Assembly (NCBI GenBank): GCA_002104905.1 | Contig: MCFE01000806.1 | Location: 1-34,060, forward strand | Direction of reading: 5' to 3' | Length of the DNA stretch: 34,060 nucleotides | Origin: Basidiobolus meristosporus CBS 931.73 | Lineage: Eukaryota; Fungi; Basidiobolomycota | Shown here: piece by piece, positions 1 through 11,927 of the stretch | Position numbering within the stretch: the stretch's first letter is position 1 | Layout of the letters: each line of letters starts with the position of its first letter | Translations under genes and position numbers: made by a program | The notes under the pieces: generated by a model | The model's input: only the letters and a program-made list of their open reading frames with translations | Database searches by the model: none | What the model was told of the DNA's origin: nothing

Positions 1-39
1 CTCCTAATCACTTCCAATATCTCCAACACTCTTACAACA
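1..39 (+). repeat. 3' end of 5' LTR of copia A (LTR0, cut by window edge)
   Basis: Matches the last 39 nt of the LTRs at 618-950, 4938-5287, 5680-6028 and 9877-10226; ends TTACAACA. Confidence 0.95.
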
Positions 40-51
40 GGTTATGAGCCC
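40..51 (+). promoter_or_regulatory. Primer-binding site GGTTATGAGCCC (tRNAiMet anticodon-arm type)
   Basis: Directly follows the LTR. It is complementary to GGGCUCAUAACC of initiator tRNA-Met, the Ty5/Drosophila copia-type half-tRNA PBS. Confidence 0.85.
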
Positions 52-69
52 AAGCTGTCACTCTCTGCA

Positions 70-617
70 ATGTCTGCTACTGCTATTACTGGAATCTTTC
101 CCTCTGCTGAAAAGTTGGATGGATCTAACTACCCAGTGTGGATGGTGAAGATGAAGATGCTGCTACAAGAAAGAGGCCTTTGGATATTGTCATGGGGGAA
201 GAATGCCCTCCTAAAAACATGGGAGAGGAAGCCTTAAAGTACCAGAAGAAAGAACAAAGTGCCCTTTAACTGCATTTGCCTTAATGTTGAAGACAAATTG
301 CTAATTCAATGCTCAAGAGCAAAAATGGCAAAGAATGCCTGGAAGGCATTAGAAGACACCTACCAGTCATGTTCAGCTGTTAAGAAAATGCATGTGAGAC
401 AAAAATACTTTACTACCAAGATGCTGCCAGGAGAAGAAATGAAAAATCTAATTAACAGAATTACCCTGCTGGTAGATAAAATGGAATCTGTGGGCATACC
501 AGCTACTGATGAGGATGTGATAGTTACCATCCTGATTAGCCTGACAGACAAGTTTCAGGGCCTTGTATAAGCCCTAGAGTCCAGAACTGAAGATTTGACC
601 TTAAATTATGTATATGG
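70..617 (+). pseudogene. gag: copia gag N-terminal part (copy A), frameshifted, interrupted by B
   Basis: ATG at 70 gives MSATAITGIFPSAEKLDGSNYPVWMVKMKMLLQERGLW, a typical copia Gag N-terminus. ORF 259-570 is the Gag core. Confidence 0.9.
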
Positions 618-950
618 TGTTGTAAAAAATTTGTATTTCCACCTAAATATTCACCTAACTTAGTCACTTAGATCATTACCCTTAAATCCTAGAGAATACT
701 GACCAAATTCCTTGTCAGGATTTACTTGGAATATTTACCCAGAACATGAAAATTAGATAAGTTGTCCAAACTGCCCCAAACTTTGAACACATGTTCTTGG
801 GACCATTCTTAACCTATTCTATGTGTTTGTAATGCCAAGATCAGGTAAAAGTATAAATACTACTTTTACATTTAATAAATCATTAAGTGAAAACCACATA
901 ATCTACTTGTTCTCCCAATCACTTCCAATATCTCCAAGACTCTTACAACA
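618..950 (+). repeat. 5' LTR of B (333 bp, about 17-bp deletion)
   Basis: TGTTGTAA...TTACAACA with TATAAA and AATAAA; about 94% identical to 4938-5287 by hand count. Confidence 0.96.
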
Positions 951-962
951 GGTTATGAGCCC
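951..962 (+). promoter_or_regulatory. PBS of B (GGTTATGAGCCC)
   Basis: Immediately after the 5' LTR. Confidence 0.85.
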
Positions 963-981
963 CAAGCTGTCACTCTCTGCA

Positions 982-3900
982 ATGTCTGCTACTGCTATTA
1001 CTTGAATTTTTCCCTCTGCTGAAAAGTTGGATGGATCTAACTACCAAGTGTGGAAGGTGAAGATGAAGATGCTGCTACAAGAAAGAGGCCTTTGGGATAT
1101 TGTCATGGGAGAAGAATGCCCTCCTTAAAACGTGGGAGAGGAAGCCTTAAAGTACCAGAAGAAAGAACAAAGTGCCTTCAACTGCATTTGCCTTAATGTC
1201 AAGGACAAATTGCTAATTCAATGCTCAAGAGCAAAAACGGCAAAGAATGCCTGGAAAGCATTAGAAGACACCTACCAGTCATGTTCAGCTGCCAAGAAAA
1301 TGTATCTGAGACAAAAATTCTTTACTACAAAGATGCTGCCAGGAGAAGAAATGAACAATCTAATTAACAGGATTACCCTGCTGGTAGATGAGATGGAATC
1401 TGGGGGCGTACCAACTACTGATGAGGATGTGATAGTTACCATCCTGAATAGCCTGACAGACAAGTGTCAGGGCCTTGTATCAGCCCTAGAGTCCAAAGCT
1501 GAAGATTTGACCTTAAATTACGTATATGGAAGGCTCCTGGATGAAGAATTAAGAAAATCAAGCAACAATAAGAAGGAAAAAGAAAATGCTTTAATAAGCA
1601 ATGATAACCAGCAAAGGAGGTACCCAATACCCTACAAAGGTAACAGCAACCTATTTTGCAACTACTGCAATAGGAAAGGACACACATCAGACCGGTGTCT
1701 CAAAAAGAGAGATTATCAGCAAAAGAAGCCTGAATACAGAAATGCTGCAACAACTGAAGATAGACTATTCATATCTGCACTAAATATGACCACAAACAAG
1801 GATTCTCAGATGTGGTATATTGACTCTGGAGCATCTCAACACTTTACACACCAAAAAGAACTTTTTACCCAATATTAAGAAATTCCAATCAAGAAGGTTT
1901 TCATGGGTGACAATAGAACACTTGATGCAGTGGGAGAAGGAACTGTCCAAGTAAACCTTAGAAGCAGTGAAGGAAGCCATACACTGACCTTTAAAGAAGT
2001 ACTCTATGTACCAGAAATAGCCAGGAACCTACTCTCTGTAAGCAAGGCCACAGCAGAAGGACTCCGTTTCAGTTTTGACAATTCTGGATGCAGGATCACT
2101 GATCAAAATGGTGCCCATATTGCTTTGGGCATCAGAGATCAGAATCTATACAAGTTGACTTATATTCCATCATATCTGGAAGCCAATATAAGTAACTTAA
2201 ATGAAGAAATACCAATGCTTTGGCACAGGAGATTTGGACACATCAATTTTGATTATTTGCGCAAATTGATCAAAGATCAGCTAATTTCTGGAGTGAAAAT
2301 TGATCCCCAAGCTAGTTTGGAGCACTGTGAAGGCTGCATATATGGGAAACAAGCCAGACAACTGTTCAATAGCTCTGGGTTATATCAAAACTAAGAAAAA
2401 ATTAGATCTAATTCACTCAGATCTATGTGGACCTATGCAAAATTTATCCTTAGGCGGGATGAAGTATCTCATCACTTTTATTGATGATTATACAAGATGC
2501 ACATGTGTCTACTTCATTGAGAGAAAGGAAGAAGCTCTGTCTAAGCTCAGGGAGTTTAAAGCCATGGTGGAGAGAGAAACTGGTGAAAAAATCAAGAAAA
2601 TATGCTCTGACAATGGTGGAGAATATACCTCAAAACTCTTCATCCACTTCTGCAAAATTCATGGGATAAAGCAAGAGACTACAGTACCATACTCCCCACA
2701 GCAAAATGGAGTGGCAGAACAAGCTAACAGATCAATAATTGATATGGCAAGATCTATGATCCATGATCAAAAATTATCCTATGATTTTTGGGCGGAATCA
2801 GTTGCCACTGCTGTATACCTTAAAAATAGGAGTTATAACCAAATACTTCATGCTTCTGCTCCATTTGAAGCAGGGTATGGATACAGACCAAGGGCAGAAC
2901 ATCTAAGAATATTTGGGTGTACAGCATATGCCAAAAAACTGGCAGGAAATCAGTCAAAATTTGAGCCAAAAAGTGTAAAATGCATATATTTGGGCTACTG
3001 CAATGAGAGTAAGGAATACAGACTCTACAATACCAAAGCAAAGAAGCTGATCAAGTCCAGGGATGTGTTGTTTGATAAAATTCAAAATTTTCACAAAAAA
3101 TGACATTATATGATGACAAAAATTTGATCTCAAGTCCACCAATTGTCAGGATTAAATCAGAGCAAAACAATGAAAATTTTTTCACTCCAGAGAACTCTAC
3201 AACCGTGGTTCAGCCAGAATCAGTTCCCAGAAATATCCCAGAAGTGATCATTCCAGTATCAAATGCCCGGAGATCCAATTGGACAAGAAATAGCCCAAAC
3301 TACTATATCAATGAGGGTACAAACTTAGCCTATGCCTATACAGTCCATATTGATGAACCCCAGACTGTAAAAGAGGCCCTAAATAGCCCACAGACAAAGT
3401 TTTGGAGATCTGCAATGACTGAGGAGTATCAGGCCCTGATGGAAAATCAAACTTGGGACTTAGTCAAATTACCAATCAACCAAAAATCAATTGGATGCAG
3501 ATGGGTCTTCAAGACAAAGTACAAGGCTGATGGTACAATTGAGAGATACAAAGCAAGACTTGTAGCCAAAGGATACTCTCAAACAAAAGGACTTGACTAT
3601 ACTGAGACCTTTGCACCAGTCACCAAGTTTAATTCCATCAGATTAATTTTGGCTATTGCAGCCAAATATAAGTTTTTCATTCATCAAATTGATGTAAAAA
3701 CTGCATTTTTGAATGGAGAACTTGATGAGGACGTGTATATGGACCAGCCTAATGGGTTTGTTGACCAAGATAACCCCCACTTGGTCTGCAAGCTTAAAAA
3801 GTCACTATATGGTCTCAAACAATCACCAAGAGCATGGAATTGCAAGATAGATTCTTATTTGGAATCCTGGAGTTTCAAAAGAAGTAATGCTGACTATAGT

Positions 3901-4926
3901 ATATACTATAAGCCAGATAGAGCAAATCCAGTTCTATTAGCTCTGTATGTGGATGATCTTATTATAGCCGCCAATAACCTAGAAACATTGGAAGAGACTA
4001 AATCAAGCCTATCTAAGGAGTTCAAGATGTCCAATCTAGGAGAACTTAGTTACTACTTAGGGATTAAGTTCTCAATAGACAGAAGTACCCAGACTATTAC
4101 CCTAAGCCAATCCAAGTATATTCAAGATATACTAAAGAAGTACAAAATGGAAGACTGTAAACCGGCAGCTACCCCAATGGAGACAAACCTTAACTTGGTC
4201 AAAACTCAACTAAATCAAGAGAACTTGGTGCCATCTGAAAGCCCTGACTTTCCTTATCAATCTATGGCTGGCTGTCTGATGTATATCATGCTTGGAACAC
4301 GTCCAGATATCTCATATTCAGTGGGAGTTGTCAGCCAACATAATCAGAACTATGGATCTGATCATATTGCAGCAGTTAAGCGGATTTTTAGATACCTAAA
4401 AGGAACTGCTGGTATCTGCTTAAGATACACTGATAAGGACTCAAAACATGATCTTGTGGGATACTCTGATGCAGATTGGGAACAAAATTTAGAAGACAGA
4501 AGATCCACCACAGGATACACCTTTCTTTACTGTAAAGGAGCAATTTCATGGAATTCAAGAAAGCAACCAAACGTAGAACTTTCCACCATAGAGGCAGAGT
4601 ATATGGCAGCCTATGAAGCTACAAAAGAAGAAATGTGGTTAAGAAAGCTGTTTACATATTTAGGCCTATGTCAAAAAACGCCTATTACTTTATTTCAAGA
4701 TAATCAAGGATGTATACAATTAGGTAGAAATCCAACTTTTCATGCTAGAACCAAGCACATAGATATTAGACATCATTTCATATGTGAAGCTATAAAGAAT
4801 AACTTAGTTAGCTTAGTTTACTGTCCTACAGATGAAATGATTGCAGACATATTTACCAAACTATTAGCTAGAGACAAGTTTGAATATCTTAGGTCAAAAT
4901 TAGGACTAGTCAGTATGAACATTTAG
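982..4926 (+). pseudogene. gag-pol: copia gag-pol of B (Gag, CCHC knuckle, protease, integrase, RT, RNase H) with stops and frameshifts
   Basis: CNYCNRKGHTSDRC knuckle, WYIDSGAS protease, LWHRRFGH pre-integrase, HSDLCGP / SDNGGEY / PQQNGVAE integrase. Stops at 1003, 1126 and 1876; frameshifts near 2384 and 3080. Confidence 0.95.
3100..4926 (+). CDS. pol: Open RT-RNase H portion of copia pol (608 aa)
   Basis: YKARLVAKGYSQ, DVKTAFLNG, LYGLKQSPRAW, YVDD, YSDADW, RTKHIDIRHHF motifs. Confidence 0.92.
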   Translation: MTLYDDKNLISSPPIVRIKSEQNNENFFTPENSTTVVQPESVPRNIPEVIIPVSNARRSNWTRNSPNYYINEGTNLAYAYTVHIDEPQTVKEALNSPQTKFWRSAMTEEYQALMENQTWDLVKLPINQKSIGCRWVFKTKYKADGTIERYKARLVAKGYSQTKGLDYTETFAPVTKFNSIRLILAIAAKYKFFIHQIDVKTAFLNGELDEDVYMDQPNGFVDQDNPHLVCKLKKSLYGLKQSPRAWNCKIDSYLESWSFKRSNADYSIYYKPDRANPVLLALYVDDLIIAANNLETLEETKSSLSKEFKMSNLGELSYYLGIKFSIDRSTQTITLSQSKYIQDILKKYKMEDCKPAATPMETNLNLVKTQLNQENLVPSESPDFPYQSMAGCLMYIMLGTRPDISYSVGVVSQHNQNYGSDHIAAVKRIFRYLKGTAGICLRYTDKDSKHDLVGYSDADWEQNLEDRRSTTGYTFLYCKGAISWNSRKQPNVELSTIEAEYMAAYEATKEEMWLRKLFTYLGLCQKTPITLFQDNQGCIQLGRNPTFHARTKHIDIRHHFICEAIKNNLVSLVYCPTDEMIADIFTKLLARDKFEYLRSKLGLVSMNI

Positions 4927-4937
4927 CTTAGTGGGAG

Positions 4938-5287
4938 TGTTGTAAGAAATTTGTATTTCAACCTAAATATTCACCTAACTTAGTCACTTGGATCATTACC
5001 TTCATATCCTAGAGAATACTGGCCAAATTTCTTGTCAGGATTTACTTAGAATATTTTCATCAAAATACCAGGTACCCAGAACATGAAAATTCTCAAAGTT
5101 GTCCAAACAGCCCCAAGCTTTGAACACATGTTCTTGGGACCTTCCTTAACCTATTCTACGTGTTTGTAATGCCAAGATCAGGTAAAAGTATAAATACTAC
5201 TTTTACATTCAATAAATCATTAAGTGAAAACCACATAATCTACTTGTTCTCCCAATCACTTCCAATATCTCCATGACTCTTACAACA
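4938..5287 (+). repeat. 3' LTR of B (350 bp), preceded by short PPT GTGGGAG (4931-4937)
   Basis: TG...CA termini; shares GTCAGGATTTACTT and GAACACATGTTC variants with 618-950. Confidence 0.96.
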
Positions 5288-5679
5288 TAGGGAAGGCTCC
5301 TGGATGAAGAATTAAGAAAATCAAGCAACAATAAGAAAGAAAAAGAAAATGCTTTATTAAGCAATGATAACCAACAAAGGAGGTACCCAAGGCCCTACAA
5401 AGGCAACAGCAACCTGTTTTGCAACTGCTGCAAAAGGAAAGGACACACATCAGACCGGTGTCTCAAAAAAAAAGATAATCAGCAAAAGAAGTCTGAATAT
5501 GGAAATGCTGCAACAGCTGAAGATAGACTATTCATATCTGCACCAAATTTGACCACAAACAAGGATTCTCAGATGTGGTATATTGAGTCTGGAGCATTGC
5601 AACACTTTACACACCAAAGAGAACTTTTTGCCCAATACCAAGAAATTCCAATTAAGGAGGTTTTCATGGGTGACAATAG
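5288..5679 (+). pseudogene. gag-pol: Middle piece of A (gag C-terminus, zinc knuckle, protease start)
   Basis: Continues GRLLDEELRK from the 617 breakpoint and ends at MGDN, where C inserted. Confidence 0.92.
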
Positions 5680-6028
5680 TGTTGTAAAAATTTGTATTTC
5701 CACCTAAATACTCATCTAACTTAGTCACTTAGATCATTACCTTTATATCCTAGAGAATACTGACCAAATTCCTTGTTGGGATTTACCTAGAATATTTTCA
5801 CCAAAATGCCAGGTACCCAGAACATCAAAATTCTCAATGTTGTCCAAACCACCCGAAACTTTGCATACAGGTTCTTGGGACCTTCTGTAACCTATTCTAC
5901 GTGTTTGTAGTGCCAAGACCATGTAAAAGTATAAATACTACTTTTACATTCAATATATCCTTAAGTGAAAACCACATAATCTACTTGTCCTCCTAATCAC
6001 TTCCAATGTCTCCAACACTCTTACAACA
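5680..6028 (+). repeat. 5' LTR of C (349 bp)
   Basis: TG...CA; shares GTTGGGATTTACCTAGA and CATCAAAA variants with 9877-10226, about 93% identical by hand count. Confidence 0.96.
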
Positions 6029-6059
6029 GGTTATGAGCCCCAAGCTGTCACTCTCTGCA

Positions 6060-9000
6060 ATGTCTACTACTGCTATTACTTGAATTTTTCCCTCTGCTGA
6101 AAAGTTGGATGGATCTAACTACTAAGTGTGGAAGATGAAGATGAAGATGCTGCTACAAGAAAGAGGCCTTTGGGATATTGTCATGGGAGAAGAATGCCCT
6201 CCTAATTTCAGGAGTAAAAATGATCCCCCAGCTAATTTGGAGCACTGTGAGGCCTGCATATATAGGAAACCAGTCAGACATCCGTTCAAGAGCTCTGGGT
6301 TAATCAAAACTAAGAAAAAATCAGATCTAATTCACTGGAATCTGTGGGTGCACCAACTACTGATGAGGATGTGATAGTTACCATCCTGAATAGCCTGACA
6401 GACAAGTTTCAGGGCCTTGTATCAGCCCTAGAGTCCAGAACTGAAGATTTGACCTTAAATTATGTATATGGAAGGCTCCTGGATGAAGAATTAAGAAAAT
6501 CAAGCAACAATAGCATGGAAGAAGAAAATGCTTTAATAAGCAATGATAACCAACAAAGGAGGTACCCAAGACCCTACAAAGGCAACAGCAACCTGTTTTG
6601 TAACTACTGCAAAAGGAAAGGACGCACATCAGACCGGTGTCTCAATAAGAAAGATAATCAGAAAAAGAAGCCTGAATATGGAAATGCTGTAACAACTGAA
6701 GATAGACTATTCATATATGCACTAAATTTGACCACAAACAAGGATTCTTAGATGTGGTATATTGACTCTGGAGCATCTCAGCACTTTACACACCAAAAAG
6801 AACTTTTTACCCAAAATCAAGAAATTCCAATTAAGAAGGTTGTCATGGGTGACAACAGAACACTTGATGTAGTGGGAAAAGGAACTATCCAAGTAAACCT
6901 TAGAAGCAGTGAAGGAAGCCATACACTGACCTTTAAAGAAGTACTCTATGTACCAGAAATAGCCAAGAACCTACTCTCTGTAAGCAAGGCCACAGCAGAA
7001 TGACTCAGTTTCAGTTTTGGCAATTCTGGATGCAAGATTACTGATCAAAATGGTGCCCATATTGCTTTGGGCATCAGAGATCAGAATTGATACAAGTTGA
7101 CTTATATTCCATCCTATCTGGAAGCCAATATAAGTAACTTAAATGAAGAAATACCAATGCTTTGGCGCAGGAGATTTGGACACATCAATTTTGATTATTT
7201 GCGCAAAATGATCAAAGATCAGCTAATTTCTGGAGTAAAATTGATACCCCAGCTAATTTGGAGCACTGTGAAGCCCGCATATATGGGAAACAAGCCAGAC
7301 AACTGTTCAATAGCTCTGGGTTAATCAAAACTAAGAAAATATCAGATCTAATTCACTCACATCTGTGTGGACCTATGCAAAACTTATCCTTAGGCAGGAT
7401 GAAGTATTTCATCACTTTTGTTGATGATTATATAAGATACACATGGGTCTACTTCATTGAGAGAAAGGAAGAAGCTCTGTCTAAGTTCAGGGAGTTTAAA
7501 GTCATGGTGGAGAGAGAAACTGGTGAAAAAATCAAGAAAATACGCTCTGACAATGGTCAAGAATACACCTCAAAACTCTTCATCCACTTCTGCATAATTC
7601 ATGGGATAAAGCAAGAGACTACAGTACCATACTCCCCACAGCAAAATGGAGTAGCAGAATGTGCTAACCAATTAATAATTGATATGGCCAGATCTATGAT
7701 CCATGATCAAAAATTATCCTATGATTTTTGGGTGGAATCAGTTGCCACTGCTGTATACCTTAAATATAGGAGCTATAACAGAATACTTTGTGATTCTGCT
7801 CTATTTGAAGCAGGATAGGGATGCAGACCAAGTGCAGAACATCTAAGAATATTTGGGTTTACAGCATATGCCAAAAAACTGGCCAGAAATCAGTCAAAAT
7901 TTGAGCCAAAAAGTGTAAATACATATTTTTGGGCTACTGCAATGAGTGTAAGGCATACAGACTCTACAATACCAAAGCAAAGAAGCTGATCAAGTCCAGG
8001 GATGTGTTGTTTGATGAAAATTCAAAATTTTCACAAAAAATGACATCAGATGATGAAAAAAATTTGATCTCAAGTTCACCAATGGTTGGGATTGAATCAG
8101 AGCAAAACAATGAAGATATTTTTACTCCAGAGGACTCTACAACCATGGTTCAGCCTGAATCAGTGCACAGGAACATCCCAGAAGTGATCATTCTAGTATC
8201 AAATGCCCGGAGATCCAATCAGACCAGAAATAGCCCAAATTACTATATCAATGAGGGTACAAACTTAGCCTGTGCCTATTCAGTCCATATTGAAGAACCC
8301 CAGACTGTAAAAGAGGCCCTAAATAGCCCTCAGACAAAGTTTTGTAGATCTGCAATGACTGAGGAATATCATGCCCTGATGGAAAATCAAACTTGGGACT
8401 TAGTCAAATTACCAATCAACCAAAAATCAATTGGATGCAGATGGGTCTTCAAGACAAAATACAAGGCTGATGGTACAGTAGAAAGATACAAAGCAAGACT
8501 TGTAGCCAAAGGATACTCTCAAACAAAAGGACTTGACTATACTGAGACCTATGCACCAGTCACCAAGTTTAATTCCATCAGAGTAATATTGGCAATTGCA
8601 GCCAAATATAAGTTTTTCATTCATCAAATGGATGTAAAAACTGCATTTTTGAATGGAGAACTTGATGAGGACGTGTATATGGACCAGCCTGATGGGTTTG
8701 TTGACCAAGATAACCCCCATTTGGTCTACAAGCTTAAAAGTCATTATATGGTCTCAAACAATCACCAAGAGCATGGAATTGCAAAATAGATACTTATTTG
8801 GAATCTTTGAGTTTCAAAAGAAGTAATGCTGACTATAGTAGATACTATAAGCCAGATAGAGCAAATCCAGTTCTATTAGCTCTGTATGTGGATGATCTTA
8901 TTATAGCCGCCAATAACCTAGAAACATTGGAAGAGACTAAGTCCAGCCTATCTAAGGGGTTCAAGATGTCCAATCTAGGAGAACTTAGTTACTACTTAGG

Positions 9001-9865
9001 GATTAAGTTCTCCATAGACAGAAGTACCCACACTATCACCCTAAGTCAATCCAAGTATATTCAAGATATACTAAAGAAGTACAAAATGGAAGACTGTAAA
9101 CCGGCAGCTACCACAATGGAGACAAACCTTAACTTGGTCAAAACTCAACCAAATCAAGAGAGCTTGGTGCCATCTGAAAGCCCTGACTTTCCTTATAAAT
9201 CTATGGTTGGCTGTCTGATGTATATCATGCTTGTAACACGTCCAGATATCTCATATTCAGTGGGAGTTGTCAGCCAACATAATCAGAACTATGGATCTGA
9301 TCATATTGCAGCAGTTAAGTGGATTTTTAGATACCTAAAAGGAACTGCTGATATCTGCTTAAGATACACTTATAAGGATTCAGAACAGGATCTGGTGGGA
9401 TACTCTGATGCTGATTGGGGACAAATTTTAGAAGACAGAAGATCTACCACAGGATACACCTTTCTTTACTGTAAAGGAGCAGTTTCATGGAATTCAAGAA
9501 AGCAACCAACCGTAGCACTTTCCACCACAGAGGCAGAGTATATGACAGCCTGTGAAGCTACAAAAGAAGCAATGTGGCTAAGAAAACTTTTCACAGATTT
9601 AGGCCTATGTCAAAAAATGCCTATTACTATATTTCAAGATAATCAAGGATGTATACAATTGGGTAGTAATCCAACTTTTCATGCAAGAACCAAGCACATA
9701 GATATTAGACATCATTTCATATGTGAAGCTATAAAGAATAACTTAGTTAGCTTAGTTTACTGTCCTACAGATGAAATGATTGCAGACATATTTACCAAAC
9801 CATTAGCTGGAGATAAGTTTGAATATCTTAGGTCAAAATTTGGATTAGTCAGTATGAACATTTAG
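6060..9865 (+). pseudogene. gag-pol: copia gag-pol of C, multiple stops and frameshifts, gag partly replaced
   Basis: ORFs 6344-6751, 6752-7003, 7258-7818, 7929-8789 and 8798-9865 are colinear with B. Confidence 0.94.
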
Positions 9866-9876
9866 CTGAGTGGGAG

Positions 9877-10226
9877 TGTTGTAAAAATTTGGAATTCCAC
9901 CTAAATATTCACCTAACTTAGTCACTTAGATCATTACCTTCATATCCTAGAGAATACTGACCAAATTCCTTGTTGGGATTTACCTAGAATATTTTCACCA
10001 AAATGCCAGGTACCCAGAACATCAAAATTCTCAAAGTTGTCCAAACAGCTCCAAATTTTGCACACAGGTTCTTGGGACCTTCCTTAACCTATTCTACGTG
10101 TTTGTAATGCCAAGATCAGGTAAAAGTATAAATACTACTTTTACATTCAATAAATCATTAAGTGAAAACCCACATAATCTACTTGTACTCCCAAACACTT
10201 CCAATATCTCCAAGACTCTTACAACA
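9877..10226 (+). repeat. 3' LTR of C (350 bp)
   Basis: TGTTGTAA...TTACAACA after PPT. Confidence 0.96.
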
Positions 10227-11927
10227 AATAGAACACTTGATGCAGTGGCAGAAGGAACTATCCAAGTAAGCCTTAGAAGCAGTGAAGGAAGCCATACACT
10301 GACCTTTGAAGAAGTACTCTGTGTACCAGAAATAGCCAAGAACCTACTATCAGTAAGCAAGGCCACTGCACAAGGACTCAGTTTCAGCTTTGACAATTCT
10401 GGATGCAAGATTACTGATCAAAATGGTGCCCATATTGCTTTGGGTTTCAGAGATCTGAATCTATACAAGTTTAATTATATTCCATCATATCTGGAAGCCA
10501 ATATAAGTAACCTAAGTGAAGAAACACCAATGCTTTGGCACTGGAGATATGGGCACATCAATTTTGATCATTTGCACAAAATGATCAAAGATCAGCTAAT
10601 TTCAGGAGTAAAAATGATCCCCCAGCTAGTTTGGAGCACTGTGAGGCCTGCATATATAGGAAACCAGTCAGACATCCGTTCAAGAGCTCTGGGTTAATCA
10701 AAACTAAGAAAAAATCAGATCTAATTCACTCATACCTGTGTGGACCTATGCAAATTAGTCCTTAGGCAGGGTGAAGTACTTACTCAATTTTATTGATGAT
10801 TATACAAGAGACACATGGGTCTACTTCATGGAGAGAAAGGAAGAAGCTCTGTCTAAGTTCAGGGAGTTTAAAGCCATGGTAGAGAGAGAAACTGGTGAAA
10901 AAATCAATAAAATACTCTCTGACAATGTTCAAGAATATACCTCAAAACTCTTCATCCACTTGTGCAAATTCATGTTATAAAGCAAAAGAATACTGTACCA
11001 TACTCCGCATAGCAAAATGGAGTAGCAGAATGTGCTAATAGATCAATAATTGATATGGCAACATCTATGATCCATGATTAAAAATTATCCTATGATTTTT
11101 GAGAAAAATCAGTTGCCACTGCTGTATACCTCAAGAGTAAGAGTTATAATAGAGCACTCTGTGATTCTACTCCATTTGAAGTATGGTATGGGTACAGACC
11201 AAGTGCAGAACATCCAAGAATATTTGGGTTTACAGTATATGCTAAGAAACATCGCGGAAATTAGTCAAAATTTGAGCCAAAAAGTGTAAAATGCATATTT
11301 TTGGGTTACTGCAATGAGAGTAAAGCATACAGAATCTACAATAGCAAAGCAAAGAAGCTAATCAAGTCCAGGGATGTCTTGTTTGATGAAAATTAACAAT
11401 TTTCACAAGTGGCATCAGATGATGACAAAAATCTGATCTCAAGTCCACTAATTATGAGGATTGAATCAGAGCAAAACAATAAAAATTCTTTTACTCCAGA
11501 GGACTCTACAACCATGGTTCAGCTAGAATCAGTGACCAGGAGTACCACAGAAGCAATTATTCTAGTATCCAATGCCTGGAGATATAACCAACAAGAAATA
11601 GCCCAAATTGCTATATCAATGAGGGTACAAACTTAGCCTATGCCTACTCAGTCCATATTGAAGAACCCCAGACTGTAAAAGAGGCCCTAAATAGCCCTCA
11701 GACAAAGTTTTGGAGATCTGCAATGACTGAGGAATATTGGGTCCTGATGGAAAATGAAACATGGGACTTAGTCAAATTACCAATCAACTGAAAATCCATT
11801 GGATACAGATGGGTCTTCAAGACAAAATACAAGGCTGATGGTACAATTGAAAGATACAAAGCAATACTTTTGGCCAAAGGACACTCTCAAACAAAAAGAC
11901 TGGACTATACTGAGACCTTTGCACCGG
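10227..11927 (+). pseudogene. pol: 3' piece of A: protease C-half, integrase, RT start; more decayed than B and C
   Basis: Colinear with B from about 1913 to 3615; many stops. Confidence 0.92.

Larger units (their letters stand above)
618..5287 (+). mobile_element. Full-length Ty1/copia copy B nested in gag of A
   Basis: Two TG...CA LTRs, PBS, polypurine tract, gag-PR-IN-RT-RH order; TSD TATGG (613-617) / TAGGG (5288-5292). Confidence 0.96.
5680..10226 (+). mobile_element. Full-length Ty1/copia copy C nested in protease of A
   Basis: Two LTRs, PBS 6029-6040, PPT GAGTGGGAG 9868-9876, perfect TSD AATAG (5675-5679 / 10227-10231). Confidence 0.96.
1..11927 (+). mobile_element. Ty1/copia LTR retrotransposon, host copy A, in three pieces (1-617, 5288-5679, 10227-11927), 3'-truncated inside RT
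   Basis: LTR end TTACAACA (to 39) and PBS precede gag. The reading sequence resumes exactly across both inserts: TATATGG|AAGGCTCC and GACAATAG|AACACTTG, as in uninterrupted copy B. It stops at YTETFAP of RT (about 11927). Confidence 0.93.

Noticed and set aside
1-10226. Regularly spaced direct repeats suggesting a tandem array or CRISPR-like locus
   Set aside because: They are 333-350 bp LTRs with PBS, PPT and TSDs; the arrangement is nested, not tandem.
360-10408. Numerous short antisense and alternate-frame ORFs over the copia copies
   Set aside because: Shadows of gag-pol or LTR sequence, repeated only because the elements are repeated.
10098-10697. 199-aa ORF fusing LTR-derived codons to the protease C-half
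   Set aside because: Accidental product of the C insertion and a 1-bp LTR indel; GTG start; lacks the catalytic DSG motif.
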